Assembly (NCBI GenBank): GCA_035063585.1
Contig: JAPSGB010000002.1
Span: forward strand, 32,001-96,000
Direction of reading: 5' to 3'
Length of the DNA: 64,000 nucleotides
Source: Polyangiaceae bacterium
GTDB lineage: Bacteria > Myxococcota_A > Polyangia > Polyangiales > Polyangiaceae
The position numbers and the translations under genes are program-made. Position 1 is the stretch's first letter. Each line of letters begins with the position of its first letter. Positions 47,372 through 57,601 of this stretch are shown here, piece after piece. The notes beneath the pieces were generated by a model, which saw nothing but the letters and a program-made list of their open reading frames with translations, was not told where the DNA came from and did no database searches.

Positions 47372-49504
47372 TCAATCGAGCAGCGATGCGCCGGCGGCGG
47401 CCCTCGCGGTGAGGAGCGCGCTCGGGCTGAAGAGCGCCGAGCCGGTCCGCTCGTGAAAGCGAGCGAGCGCGTCGCGGACCGCGCGCGCGCCGAATCCGTC
47501 GGCCCACTTCATCGGGCCACCGCGGTAGTCCGGGAAGCCCATGCCGAGGATGGCGGCGACGTCCACGTCACTCGCGCGCACGACGGCGCCTTCGTCGAGC
47601 GCGCGACACGCCTCGTTCACGACACCGAAGACGAGCATCTTCACGATCTCATCGTCGGTGACCTCGAGCGGTGGCGGCTCGCCCGCCAAGCGGCGTGCTT
47701 CGGCGACGAAGCGGTCGAGCGCCGGGTCGCGCTCCGCGCGCCCGTCCTCGTGGCGATAGTGCCCAGCGCCGCTCTTGTCGCCGAGACGCCCCGCATCGAC
47801 GAGCAGCTGCCGCAACGCCGAGCGATACGCGCCGTCTGGATACGCGGCGTCGAGGACGCGCGCGGCTGCGACGCTCACGTCGAGCCCCGCGAGATCTCCC
47901 ATCCGGTTCGGGCCCATCGGCATCCCGAACGCGTAGAGCGCGTCGTCGATGCGATACGGGTGGACGCCGCGATCGATGAGGAGCCCACACGCCTGCCCGT
48001 AGCGCATGAAGATCCGATTGACGAGGAACCCCGGGCAGCTCCTGACGGTGACCGCCGTCTTCTTGAGCCGCTTCACGAGCTCGAGCGCGTCCACGAGCGC
48101 ACGCGGCGACGTCTCTCGGGTCCGTACCACCTCGACGAGCCGCATGACCTGCGCGGGGCTGAAGAAGTGCAGGCCGAGCGTGCGGGGCCCTGCTTGGGTG
48201 CCCGCCGACACCGTCGCAAGCTCGATGGTCGAGGTGTTGGTCGCGAGGATGCACTCCGAGCTCGTGTGCGCCTCGAGTTCCTGGAAGAGCTGCTGCTTGA
48301 GCTCGACGGACTCGCTGGCGGCCTCGATGACCAGCGCGAGCGCGTCGAAGCCGTCGTACGAGGTCTGGCCGGTCAGACGCGAGCCCGCGCGGCGCGCCTC
48401 GTCGTCCGAGAGGCGACCCTTGGCGGCGTCGCGCTCGAGGTTCGCGCGCACGCGCGCGAGCGCCGCCTCGGCGCGCTCGTCCGTGGCCTCCTTGATGATG
48501 ACCTCGACCCCCGCGCGGACCAGCGCCGTCGCGATGCCGGAGCCCATGGTGCCCCCGCCGAGCACGCCGACCCGCCCGAGCGCGCGCGGCGCGGGGCCGG
48601 CGTCGGTGACGCCGGGCACCTTGGCGGCGGCGCGAGTGGCGAAGAACACGTGGAGCTTGCCCCGTGCCGCCTCGCTCGAGAGGAGCCTCAGGAACTCGGC
48701 GCGCTCGCGGGCGAGACCTGCCTCGGCGCCGAGCAGCGCGCCCTCCTCGATCGCGTCGAGGCACGCGCCCGGGTAGTCGACGTTGCGAAGCTTTCGCCGC
48801 GTGTCGGCCCGTGCCCGCGCGATGAGCGCGCGGATCTCATCGGGCGGCGCGAGCCGCTCGGTGAGCGTGAGGGTTCGGCGCCGCGTGACGGCCCCGGTGG
48901 CGAGCGAGCGGGCGAGCTCGCGCGCTCGCTCGCGGAGCGCCGCCTCGCCGACCAGGTCGTCGAGCAGCCCGAGGGCGCGCGCCTCGACGGCGCCGATGGG
49001 AGCACCGCCGAGCATCATCTCCACGGCTTTCTCCACGCCGACCAGTCGCGGTAGCCGCTGGGTCCCGCCAGCCCCGGGGATGAGCCCGAGGTTCAGCTCG
49101 GGCAAGCCGAGCCGGCAGCGCGCGGTGCCGACGCGCGCGGCGCACGCCATCGCGAGCTCGAGACCACCGCCGAGCGCGAAGCCGTCGATGGCCGCGACGC
49201 TGGGCTTCGGGCCCTGCTCGAGCCGGGCGACGAGCGCCGGGAGCGAGGGTGTGCCGCTCGGCGGCGAGGGTTCGAGCGTGCCGGCAGCGATCCGCTCGAG
49301 GCGCGAGAGGTCCGCCCCGGCGATGAACTTGTCGCCGTGGCCCGTGACGACCAGCGCGGAGATGGAGGGCTCCGCGTCGAGCTCGTCGAGCGCCTCGGAG
49401 AGCGCCGCGAGCACCGGCGCGCCGAGCGCGTTGACCGGCGGATTGTCGATGATGAGCGTAGCGACGTCGTGCTCGCGCTCGACACGCACCACGGGCGACT
49501 TCAT
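47372..49504 (-). CDS. Multifunctional enoyl-CoA hydratase/3-hydroxyacyl-CoA dehydrogenase (FadB/FadJ/MFP family)
   Basis: NPPVNAL, FIAGADL, GGGLELA, PELNLGLIPGAGGTQRLPRL, GGGTMGSGI, NTST, HFFSP, GFLVNR. Confidence 0.95.
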   Translation of the reverse strand: MKSPVVRVEREHDVATLIIDNPPVNALGAPVLAALSEALDELDAEPSISALVVTGHGDKFIAGADLSRLERIAAGTLEPSPPSGTPSLPALVARLEQGPKPSVAAIDGFALGGGLELAMACAARVGTARCRLGLPELNLGLIPGAGGTQRLPRLVGVEKAVEMMLGGAPIGAVEARALGLLDDLVGEAALRERARELARSLATGAVTRRRTLTLTERLAPPDEIRALIARARADTRRKLRNVDYPGACLDAIEEGALLGAEAGLARERAEFLRLLSSEAARGKLHVFFATRAAAKVPGVTDAGPAPRALGRVGVLGGGTMGSGIATALVRAGVEVIIKEATDERAEAALARVRANLERDAAKGRLSDDEARRAGSRLTGQTSYDGFDALALVIEAASESVELKQQLFQELEAHTSSECILATNTSTIELATVSAGTQAGPRTLGLHFFSPAQVMRLVEVVRTRETSPRALVDALELVKRLKKTAVTVRSCPGFLVNRIFMRYGQACGLLIDRGVHPYRIDDALYAFGMPMGPNRMGDLAGLDVSVAAARVLDAAYPDGAYRSALRQLLVDAGRLGDKSGAGHYRHEDGRAERDPALDRFVAEARRLAGEPPPLEVTDDEIVKMLVFGVVNEACRALDEGAVVRASDVDVAAILGMGFPDYRGGPMKWADGFGARAVRDALARFHERTGSALFSPSALLTARAAAGASLLD

Positions 49505-49550
49505 GCTCGGGTCCATACACCGGGCAGCGCGGGTCGCGTATGCTGCTCGC

Positions 49551-50900
49551 ATGCGTGTCGCGCCGCTGCTCGTCGGAGCGCTGCTCTTCGCGGCGGGCTG
49601 CCGCGAGCCCGCTCCGACGCCGGGTGCATCGCAGCCCGGAGTCCTCGCCCAGCCCCCGCGGCGAGCGGCGGGCGAGCCGAAGGCGCCGGGGATCTCTGGA
49701 GAGACAGTCCGGCTGACCGCGCGCCACGCCTCGGGCGTCCCGCTTCACGCAGCGCCAGGAGACTCGGGCGTCTCCGCCCGGCTGGCCGACGGAACCTCTG
49801 CGCGGGTGCTCAGCCGCGCCCAGGACGGGCAGTGGCTGGAGATCACCACCGAAGCGGGCGAGCGTGGCTGGATCACCCGCCGCTACGTAGCCGCCGAGAC
49901 GAGCCCGGCCCTGCCTCGCGCCGAGCCGACATCCCCCTCCTCACCTTCAAGCTCGGCGTTTCGGTCGCGAGCCGACTGTCTGCGCGCGCTCGGCGCCGGC
50001 GAACGCCTCCCGCGCGCGACCGGTACGGCGCGGCTCGGGACCTGGAACCTGCGCTGGTTCCCGGACGGGAGGCCTGGGACGCGACCGAAGGAAGGGCAGG
50101 GCCAGGACCTCGAGTGGCTCGCCTGCTCCATCGCCTGGCTCGGCGTGGACGCGCTCGCGGTGCAGGAGATCAAGCGTTACCCGGGAGCGCGGGAGCGCGC
50201 AGCCGAGCTCATCGCCCGGCTCGACGTCCACACGAAGGGCGCCTGGCAACTCAGGCTCGACGATTGCCCGAACGACGCGGTGCAGCACGTCGGGATTCTC
50301 TATGATGCGAGGAAGGTTCGCGCGGGGGACTTCGAGACGTACGGCGCGCTGAACCCGCATGGGGAGGCCTGCGCTGGAAGCCTCCGCCCGGGCTTTGGGG
50401 CCTACCTCCGCTGGCCACGCGGCCTCGATCTCACGTTCGTGAGCGTGCACCTGAAGAGTGGGCCTGGCGCTCGTGACGCCGAGCTGCGCCGGCGCTCGAT
50501 TGCATCCTTCGGGACGGTCGTCGACCAGATCCACGCGAACCGCCGGGACGCCGACGTGGTGTTCGCCGGAGACTTCAACACGATGGGCTGCGAGAGTTGT
50601 CGCCCGTCCCTGACTTCCGCCTCTGAAATCGACGACTTGCCGCTCGCAGCCGCGCTCCACCGGGTGCCCGCGGAGGGCTCCTGCTCGGAGTACTACGATG
50701 GCCGCGGCGGGCTGCTCGATCACTTCGTGGTGACGAGCGCCCTGAGAACCCTGAGCCGTGGCGGGGGCGCGCGCGTCTCGGGGTTCTGCGCCGCGGCGGC
50801 CTGCGAGAGCCTCCCGCGCCGCCGAATGCCCGAGGCGTACACGGAGCTCAGCGACCACTGTCCACTCATACTCGATCTCGATGACCGGACTCGGGACTGA
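49551..50900 (+). CDS. Lipoprotein with SH3-like domain and endonuclease/exonuclease/phosphatase domain
   Basis: Lipobox AAGC; GQWLEI..GERGWITRRYV (SH3b-like); TWNLRWF, VQEI, HLKS, GDFN, LDHF, SDHCP. Confidence 0.88.
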   Translation: MRVAPLLVGALLFAAGCREPAPTPGASQPGVLAQPPRRAAGEPKAPGISGETVRLTARHASGVPLHAAPGDSGVSARLADGTSARVLSRAQDGQWLEITTEAGERGWITRRYVAAETSPALPRAEPTSPSSPSSSAFRSRADCLRALGAGERLPRATGTARLGTWNLRWFPDGRPGTRPKEGQGQDLEWLACSIAWLGVDALAVQEIKRYPGARERAAELIARLDVHTKGAWQLRLDDCPNDAVQHVGILYDARKVRAGDFETYGALNPHGEACAGSLRPGFGAYLRWPRGLDLTFVSVHLKSGPGARDAELRRRSIASFGTVVDQIHANRRDADVVFAGDFNTMGCESCRPSLTSASEIDDLPLAAALHRVPAEGSCSEYYDGRGGLLDHFVVTSALRTLSRGGGARVSGFCAAAACESLPRRRMPEAYTELSDHCPLILDLDDRTRD

Positions 50901-50974
50901 ACGAACGGCGATGAGCCTCCGGAAGTTCGCTGGGGGCTTGCCGCAAGAAGGGGTTGTCGAGCTAAGCTTGCGGC

Positions 50975-52288
50975 GTGGTCCGTACTCTACGCTTGGTCGC
51001 CGCCACTCTCGGGCTCGGCGCGGTCGCTGCCGCGTCTTGCACCACGTACACGTCGGAGCTCCTCGAAGGGAGCGGCTCGGGCGGCCCCATGACGTGCGCG
51101 CTCGGCTACTGCTGGTGGTCCACCAAGACCCCGGAGGGCTGCGAGGACGTCGGTATCCCACGCCTCGCCGATAAACCGAAGCCGTCGCAGAGCTCGAACT
51201 CCGTCGGCTCGATCTACGTCGGCATGAAGCGGCTCTACCTCGGAGAGACGATGCCGCCGGTGCGGGGCCCGGCGATCGCCGACGCAGCCAAAGCCACCCA
51301 GCCCTGGCAGTGGATCGGCGTCAACATCGACGGAGTCTGCACCAACCCCATCGGCTGCTCGACGGCTGAGAAGAACGTCGTACCGTGCAAGACCGGCAGA
51401 GGCATCGTGAAGCCCGCCGACGGAGTCGGCTGTCGAGACAACGCGTTCGGTCAGCTCTTGCCGATCGCAGCCCAGAACCCCGAGCTCGGTCCGCCGCTCG
51501 GCCTCACCGAGAAGGACATGAACTGCGAGTTTCGGCGGGGCGGATACAACATCATCTTCAAGATCTCCGGCTATAATGGCGAGCTGAACGATGACTCCGT
51601 GCGGGTCGATCTCTACAGCTCACCCGGGCTCGAGTCGAACATGGCCAATTGGGACTGTCTGGCTCAGAAGGACTCGTGGGAGAAGCTCCCATCGTGGCTC
51701 CCCGAGAACCCGTGGTACATAAACCGCGCGGATCTCGACGGCGAACCTACGAACGGCGAGCTCCCGAACGCCAAGCGGGCCTACGACCCGTCGGCGTACG
51801 TCAAGGACGGCTACCTCGTCGCCCATCTGGCCGATGGCACCGAGGTCCGCTTCATCGGCGACAACGCCACCGTGCGGCCGGCGCTGCAAGGCGGCAGCGA
51901 GCCGTATCCGCTCGCGCACCTTCCGGGCGGGTTTCGGCTCATCCTGCACCGCATCACGCTCACCGCCCACCTCCACCAGGACAGCGGCATGTGGGTGCTC
52001 GATGACGGCGTGATCGCCGGCGCGATGATCAAGGACTACATCCTCGCGGGCTTCGAAGAGGCCGGATTCTGCGCCAAGTTCATGAGCGATCCCGGTCAGT
52101 ACGACACCCTCGCCAACTACCTCACGAACAACGACGACATCCTCTCCACGCCGACCAACGCTCCCGACACCACCTGCGACGCCATGAGCGTCGGGATCGG
52201 CTTCGAGGCGACGACCGTCACGCCCGGCGCCGCCAAGGACGTCTCGGTCCTCCATCGCTGCGCGGCGCCAGACTACCCGAAGCCTTGA
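50975..52288 (+). CDS. Hypothetical Cys-containing lipoprotein
   Basis: Lipobox AASC; GVNIDGVCT, DGVGCRDNAFG, CDAMSVGIGF; strong coding pattern. Confidence 0.75.
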   Translation: MVRTLRLVAATLGLGAVAAASCTTYTSELLEGSGSGGPMTCALGYCWWSTKTPEGCEDVGIPRLADKPKPSQSSNSVGSIYVGMKRLYLGETMPPVRGPAIADAAKATQPWQWIGVNIDGVCTNPIGCSTAEKNVVPCKTGRGIVKPADGVGCRDNAFGQLLPIAAQNPELGPPLGLTEKDMNCEFRRGGYNIIFKISGYNGELNDDSVRVDLYSSPGLESNMANWDCLAQKDSWEKLPSWLPENPWYINRADLDGEPTNGELPNAKRAYDPSAYVKDGYLVAHLADGTEVRFIGDNATVRPALQGGSEPYPLAHLPGGFRLILHRITLTAHLHQDSGMWVLDDGVIAGAMIKDYILAGFEEAGFCAKFMSDPGQYDTLANYLTNNDDILSTPTNAPDTTCDAMSVGIGFEATTVTPGAAKDVSVLHRCAAPDYPKP

Positions 52289-52322
52289 TCGCGCCGCCGG
52301 TCTCGAGGGTGGCGGGGCGCGG

Positions 52323-53327
52323 CTACTCGAGCCAAACCCGCGCCTCGACGTGGCGGCCGGATGCCAGCGTGAAATAGCCTCGCCCCGGGCGGCCCGGACG
52401 CGGCGGCTCGAAGCCGAGTGAGGTCGTGTCCGACGGGTTCACGTCGAGCTCGTCCGACGGTGTCCCCTGGCTCAAGGTGACCGAGATCCGAAGCGTCTGC
52501 GAGCCCGCGCCCCCCTCGAGAGAGAGCGCGAACAGCCCCCCGCGGAGGAGCAGGACCGTGCGCTCGAGCAAATGCTCGAGCTGGGGCGGCGGGTTCTCAT
52601 CGAGCGAGCGGGCCTCGCTCAGGCGACCGCGCTCATCGAGCGTGAGGCTCACCCGAAACGACCCCGCGTCGCCGAGCGGCAGCGAGGACCACAGCGGATC
52701 GCCGCTCATCGCGCGCGGCATGGCGCGAGCGAAGGCCTTTCCCAGATCGCGCACGCCCGGCGCGAGCCCCGCGGCGCCGAAGGCCGCCGGTGCGCCGTCA
52801 CCCGCTGACGTCCCGGGCGCGGCAGGCTCGGCGGGCGAGGCCGCGAGCGCGGGCGACTCGCCCGCGGCGCCCGCGACCGGGCCGCTCGGCGCCGGCGCGA
52901 CGTCGGGCTTCGCCCTCGGCTCCGCAGGCTCGCGCCGTCGCGGGGGCCTCGCGCGCGGGCGAGGCTCGGGGACCACCGCGGGGCCGCGCGAGGTAGGGTC
53001 GAGCTTCATGGAACCCACCTCGAGCCTCGCGGGCCGCGCAGGCGTGGGCGTCGGCGGCTCGGCTACCGCGGGCTCGGGTCGGGCGAGCGGCCGCGACTCC
53101 GGCGCGGGCAGGGTCGGTGCCGCGGGCTCCGCGGCCTGGGTACCGCCGCGCGCGCCGCTCGTCACCAACCCATCGACCTCGATCGTCTCACCCGACCAGA
53201 CGTCGGGTCGCTCGAGCGGCGCAGCCGACCGCGCCGGCGCGTGCGCCGCCCCGGCGAGCCCGAGGAGCGCCACGAGTCCGTGGGCTCCGAGCGAAGCCGC
53301 CAGCGCGACGACGCGCGCCGTCGTCAT
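52323..53327 (-). CDS. TonB/TolA-like energy-transducer architecture protein
   Basis: N-terminal TM with SLGAH (SxxxH), long Pro/Ala linker, C-terminal FRVSLTLDERGRL. Confidence 0.6.
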   Translation of the reverse strand: MTTARVVALAASLGAHGLVALLGLAGAAHAPARSAAPLERPDVWSGETIEVDGLVTSGARGGTQAAEPAAPTLPAPESRPLARPEPAVAEPPTPTPARPARLEVGSMKLDPTSRGPAVVPEPRPRARPPRRREPAEPRAKPDVAPAPSGPVAGAAGESPALAASPAEPAAPGTSAGDGAPAAFGAAGLAPGVRDLGKAFARAMPRAMSGDPLWSSLPLGDAGSFRVSLTLDERGRLSEARSLDENPPPQLEHLLERTVLLLRGGLFALSLEGGAGSQTLRISVTLSQGTPSDELDVNPSDTTSLGFEPPRPGRPGRGYFTLASGRHVEARVWLE

Positions 53328-53493
53328 CGGAGGAGGAGCGGGCCACGGAGCTTCCATCGCGCGTTCTAGTGTGACACCGGACGCGCCGGGAGGTTTCCGC
53401 TCGCCGGGCCCGCCGACGCCGGCGCCGCGGAATCGCGAGTCGCGCGCGCTCGGCGCGGAATCACGGGGCGCGGGCCGGCGTTTCGAGGGCGTC

Positions 53494-54729
53494 ATGACCG
53501 CCGCTCGGGGCCTCGTCGCCGTCGCCCTCGTCTCACTTGCCACCTCGTGCAACCGGGTCGAGCGCGAGCCAGCGGCGACCCAACCGCCGCGCTCGGCGGA
53601 GCCCGCGAGCGCGGTGCGCGCGGCGAGCGGGGCACCACCCCTCGACGCCAGCACCTTCGCTCGGCTCTTCGATGAGCTTTCCGAGCGCGACGGAGGGTTC
53701 TTCAGCGACAACCTCGTCTCGAACGAGACGTCGATGCTGCAGGTCGCCCCGCTCCTCCGCGCGCGCGTGGCGCCAGGCCGCGCTTACCTCGGCGTGGGAC
53801 CCGAGCAGAACTTCACCTATATCGCGCTCACGCGGCCGAGCCTCGCGTTCATCATCGACATTCGCCGCGACAACGCGCTCCTCCACCTGCTCTATAAGGC
53901 GATCTTCGAGCGCGCCGAGACACGCGCCGAGTTCCTCTCGCTCCTGCTCGGCCGACCGCTCCGGGAGGGGGTCGGGCCCGGCGCGGAATCCAGCGTGGCG
54001 GCCGTGCTCTCCGCGGTGGAGTCGTCTCGGCCCGAGCCCGAGTGGTTCGCCCGCGAGCACGCGGCGCTGGTCGCGCGACTCACCGGGCCCGATCGAGTCG
54101 ACCTGAGCTCCGCTGACGTCCGCGGGCTCGAGAAGCTCCACCGCGCGTTCTTCGAGCGACAGCTCGAGCTCCGCTTCGAGCTCAAGGAGAAGAACGGGCG
54201 AGACTACCCTACCCTTCGCGAGCTCTTCGAAGCCAAGGCGCCCGACGGACGGCCCCTCGGGTTCCTGGCGAGCGAGGCGAGCTTCACCACCGTCCGGGAC
54301 CTCGAGCGTGCGAACCGAATCATCCCCGTGGTGGGCGATTTCGCAGGCGAGCACGCGCTCCGGGCGGTCGGAGCGGAGCTTCGACGCCGGTCGCTCACGG
54401 TCGGCGTGTTCTACGTCTCGAACGTGGAACAGTACGTGATGAAGCCGCCCGCGTGGCAGCGCTGGGTGTCCAACGTGGGAGCGCTGCCGACCGACGCAGA
54501 GAGCATCTTCATTCGCGCGTACCTCGATCAGGGACGACGCCACCCGGCGCAGCTCGCCGGACATCGCACCGCGACCGTGCTCCAGCCGATGAGCGTCTTC
54601 CTCACGCGGGGAGCGGCGCGGCCCTACCGGACCTTCCTCGCGCTCACGACCGACGGGGTCCTCGGCGACGAGCGCGGGGAGCCTACCGGCGCGGCGAGCG
54701 CTCCAGCGGCGCCCGCGCTCAGTCGATGA
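53494..54729 (+). CDS. Conserved hypothetical lipoprotein
   Basis: Lipobox ATSC; motifs FFSDNLVSNE, YLGVGPEQNFTYI, GDFAG, FYVSNVEQY suggest a folded enzyme-like domain. Confidence 0.75.
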   Translation: MTAARGLVAVALVSLATSCNRVEREPAATQPPRSAEPASAVRAASGAPPLDASTFARLFDELSERDGGFFSDNLVSNETSMLQVAPLLRARVAPGRAYLGVGPEQNFTYIALTRPSLAFIIDIRRDNALLHLLYKAIFERAETRAEFLSLLLGRPLREGVGPGAESSVAAVLSAVESSRPEPEWFAREHAALVARLTGPDRVDLSSADVRGLEKLHRAFFERQLELRFELKEKNGRDYPTLRELFEAKAPDGRPLGFLASEASFTTVRDLERANRIIPVVGDFAGEHALRAVGAELRRRSLTVGVFYVSNVEQYVMKPPAWQRWVSNVGALPTDAESIFIRAYLDQGRRHPAQLAGHRTATVLQPMSVFLTRGAARPYRTFLALTTDGVLGDERGEPTGAASAPAAPALSR

Positions 54730-57583
54730 GCGGCGCACGCAGCCCGGTGACGCGCAAGACGACCTTGTGCAGCTCGCCCACCACCCAGACGCTCGCCGCG
54801 ATGGCGAGCACCGCGGCGAGCTGGCGCGCGCCAGGCACGGCGGTGCCGAACACCGCCTGGCCAGCCGGCACGTAGACGGCCACCGCTTGCAGCGACGCCG
54901 CCGCCACGAACGAGCCGAGCAGGCGCCAATTGCTGAAGAAGCCGAGCTCGAACACCGAGTGCGCGCGCGAGCGCGAGTTCAGTGAGTGGAAGAGCGGCGA
55001 GAAGGCGAGGACGGTGAATGCCAGGGTTCGAGCCAGGGCGAGCTCGTGCTCGTAGAGGGGGCCCACCGCGCCGGGCCGCCACCCCCAGAAGACCAAGAGG
55101 CCCGCCACGCCCATCCATCCGCCGTAGGCCGACAGCCACGCGACGTCCCGCAAGGTGAGCAGGCGAGCCGCTCGACGCCGCGGCGCCGAGCGCATCGGGT
55201 CGAGGTGCACTGGCTCCATCCCGAGCGCGAGGGCCGGCAGACCGTTCGTGATGAGGTTGATCCAGAGGATCTGCGTCGGGGTCAAGATCGCTGGCCAGCC
55301 CAGCATGGCCGCCACGAACACGGCCAACACCAGGCCGGCGTTCGATGCGAACAGGAACAGGATGAAGCGCTTGATATTGGCGTAGATGACTCGACCTTCC
55401 TCGATCGCGCTGACGATGGTCGCGTAGTTGTCATCAGCGAGGACCATGTCCGCTGCCTCACGGGTGACGTCCGTGCCCGCCCGCCCCATCGCGATCCCAA
55501 TGCTCGCGGCCTTGATGGCCGGCGCGTCATTGACTCCGTCGCCCGTCATGGCGACCACCTCGCCGGCTCGTTCGAGGGCTTGGACCAAGCGGAGCTTGTT
55601 GGCCGCGGTCGCGCGCGCAACGACGCGAATGTCCGCGCAGCGACGCGCGAGCTCCTCCGACGACATCGCGTCGAGCTCCGGGCCGGTCACCACCTGGTTC
55701 GCGTCGCCGGCGAGCTCACCGAGCAGCCCCAGCTCGCGCGCGATGGTCCGCGCGGTGAGCGGGTGATCTCCGGTGATCATCACGGTCGCCACCCCTGCGC
55801 GGCGCGCGGTGGCGATGGCTCTGGCCACCTCGGGCCGCGGAGGATCCGCGATACCCACGAAGCCGAGGAGCGTGAGCTCGTCCTCGTAGGCGCGGAGCAG
55901 GGCGTCACGAGCGGCCGACCCTGGCGCCGAGTCCGGGATTCGTCGCGCGAGCGCGATGACGCGCAGGCCGTCGGCGGCCCAGCCGTCGACCAGCGCGCGG
56001 AGCGCGGAGAGCCGAGCCTCGGACACCTCTTGCTCCCCGCTCCGCTCATCGAGCACGCGCCGCACCCGAGCGAGCACCCGCTCGGGCGCGCCGTGGGTAA
56101 AGCCGGTGACGCGCCCACCGACACGAACCACCACGGTCGCGAGCTTCCGATCTCCGTCGAACGGGAGCTCGGCGACCGGCTCGGGCTCCACCTCGTGCGT
56201 TCCGCCGCCGAACCTCCGGTAGCCATCGTGGAGCGCGAGGAGCGCGGCGTCGGTCGGATCGCCACGCAGTCGCCGTTCATCCCCCTCGCCACTGATCGAT
56301 GCGGCAGGCGCGAAGCGAGCCGCCTCGAGCAACGTGCGGAGGCTCGGTCGCTCCGTGACGAGCGCCGGCAGATGCTCTCCGAGCTCATCATCATGCAGTA
56401 CCGGCGGCGGGGCCCCAGGCTCGAGCGAGCTCGGGCCGGCGGCTCGCACGCCCCAGGTCCTTCCTCCGGACCACACCCGCCGCACCTCCATCTGATTCTG
56501 AGTCAGAGTCCCCGTCTTGTCCGTGCAGATGACGTGCGCCGAGCCAAGCGTCTCGACGGCGGCGAGCCGACGGATCAGCGCGTTACGGCGCGCCATGCGC
56601 TGGATACCGAGCGCGAGCACGATGGTCGTGATCGCGGGCAGTCCCTCCGGGATCGCGGCGACGGCGAGGCTCACCGCGACGAGGAAGAGAAATCCGACGG
56701 GGGCCTCGAGTCGCCACAGCCCGATGCCGAACACGAGGAGCCCGACCACCACGCAACCCAGCACGACCTGGACGCCGAAGCGCCGGAGCTCGCGCGAGAG
56801 CGGCGTCTCCGGCATCTGGACGCTGCCGAGCATCCCGGCGATGAGGCCGAGCTCGGTGCGCATGCCGGTCGCGACTACGACCCCTCGCGCACGCCCAGTC
56901 GCGACGTACGTGCCCATGAAGGCCATCGTCGAGCGCTCCGCGAGCATGGTGTTCGCGTCGAGGGTCGCGTCACTCTGCTTCGATGCCGGGGTCGACTCGC
57001 CGGTCAGCGCGGCCTCGACGGCGGAAAATCCGGCGACCTCCGTCAGGCGAACGTCCGCGGGCACGCGGTCACCCTCCGCGAGCAGGACGACGTCACCGAC
57101 CACGAGCTCCACCGCGGGGAGCTCCGCCTCGACACCGTCGCGAAGCACCGTGGCGCTCGGTGCGGTCATGGTTTCGAGCGCGCGCAGCGCCGACTCGGCC
57201 CGACGTTCCTGGGCGAAACCGATGATGGCGTTCATGAGCACGATGAAGGCGATCGCGGCAGCGTCGCCGAAACGTTCGAGGAACGTCTGCGGTCCACTCT
57301 CTCCGAAGGCGAGCCCCAGCGCGATGAGCGCTGCGACCATGAGCGCGACCACCGTCACATCGGTGAACTGACGGAGGAACTTGCGGAGCGCGCCGGGCCC
57401 CTTCGCGTGCGCGAGCGCGTTCGTTCCATCGCGCGCCAGCCGTGCCCGGGCCTCCTCGGTGGAGAGGCCCCGCGCCGCGTCGAGCGCGAGGCGCTCGGCG
57501 AGTTCCGCGAGCGGGACGGCGTGCCACGCTGGCGCTAGCGGGTCGGTCCTACCCCCTCCCTCCCCCGGCGGCGGCATCGACAT
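54719..57583 (-). CDS. Cation-transporting P-type ATPase (type IIA, Ca2+-like)
   Basis: [41 protein letters not shown]. Confidence 0.96.
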   Translation of the reverse strand: MSMPPPGEGGGRTDPLAPAWHAVPLAELAERLALDAARGLSTEEARARLARDGTNALAHAKGPGALRKFLRQFTDVTVVALMVAALIALGLAFGESGPQTFLERFGDAAAIAFIVLMNAIIGFAQERRAESALRALETMTAPSATVLRDGVEAELPAVELVVGDVVLLAEGDRVPADVRLTEVAGFSAVEAALTGESTPASKQSDATLDANTMLAERSTMAFMGTYVATGRARGVVVATGMRTELGLIAGMLGSVQMPETPLSRELRRFGVQVVLGCVVVGLLVFGIGLWRLEAPVGFLFLVAVSLAVAAIPEGLPAITTIVLALGIQRMARRNALIRRLAAVETLGSAHVICTDKTGTLTQNQMEVRRVWSGGRTWGVRAAGPSSLEPGAPPPVLHDDELGEHLPALVTERPSLRTLLEAARFAPAASISGEGDERRLRGDPTDAALLALHDGYRRFGGGTHEVEPEPVAELPFDGDRKLATVVVRVGGRVTGFTHGAPERVLARVRRVLDERSGEQEVSEARLSALRALVDGWAADGLRVIALARRIPDSAPGSAARDALLRAYEDELTLLGFVGIADPPRPEVARAIATARRAGVATVMITGDHPLTARTIARELGLLGELAGDANQVVTGPELDAMSSEELARRCADIRVVARATAANKLRLVQALERAGEVVAMTGDGVNDAPAIKAASIGIAMGRAGTDVTREAADMVLADDNYATIVSAIEEGRVIYANIKRFILFLFASNAGLVLAVFVAAMLGWPAILTPTQILWINLITNGLPALALGMEPVHLDPMRSAPRRRAARLLTLRDVAWLSAYGGWMGVAGLLVFWGWRPGAVGPLYEHELALARTLAFTVLAFSPLFHSLNSRSRAHSVFELGFFSNWRLLGSFVAAASLQAVAVYVPAGQAVFGTAVPGARQLAAVLAIAASVWVVGELHKVVLRVTGLRAPLID

Positions 57584-57601
57584 GGACGCGCTCCGCGCCG
57601 C

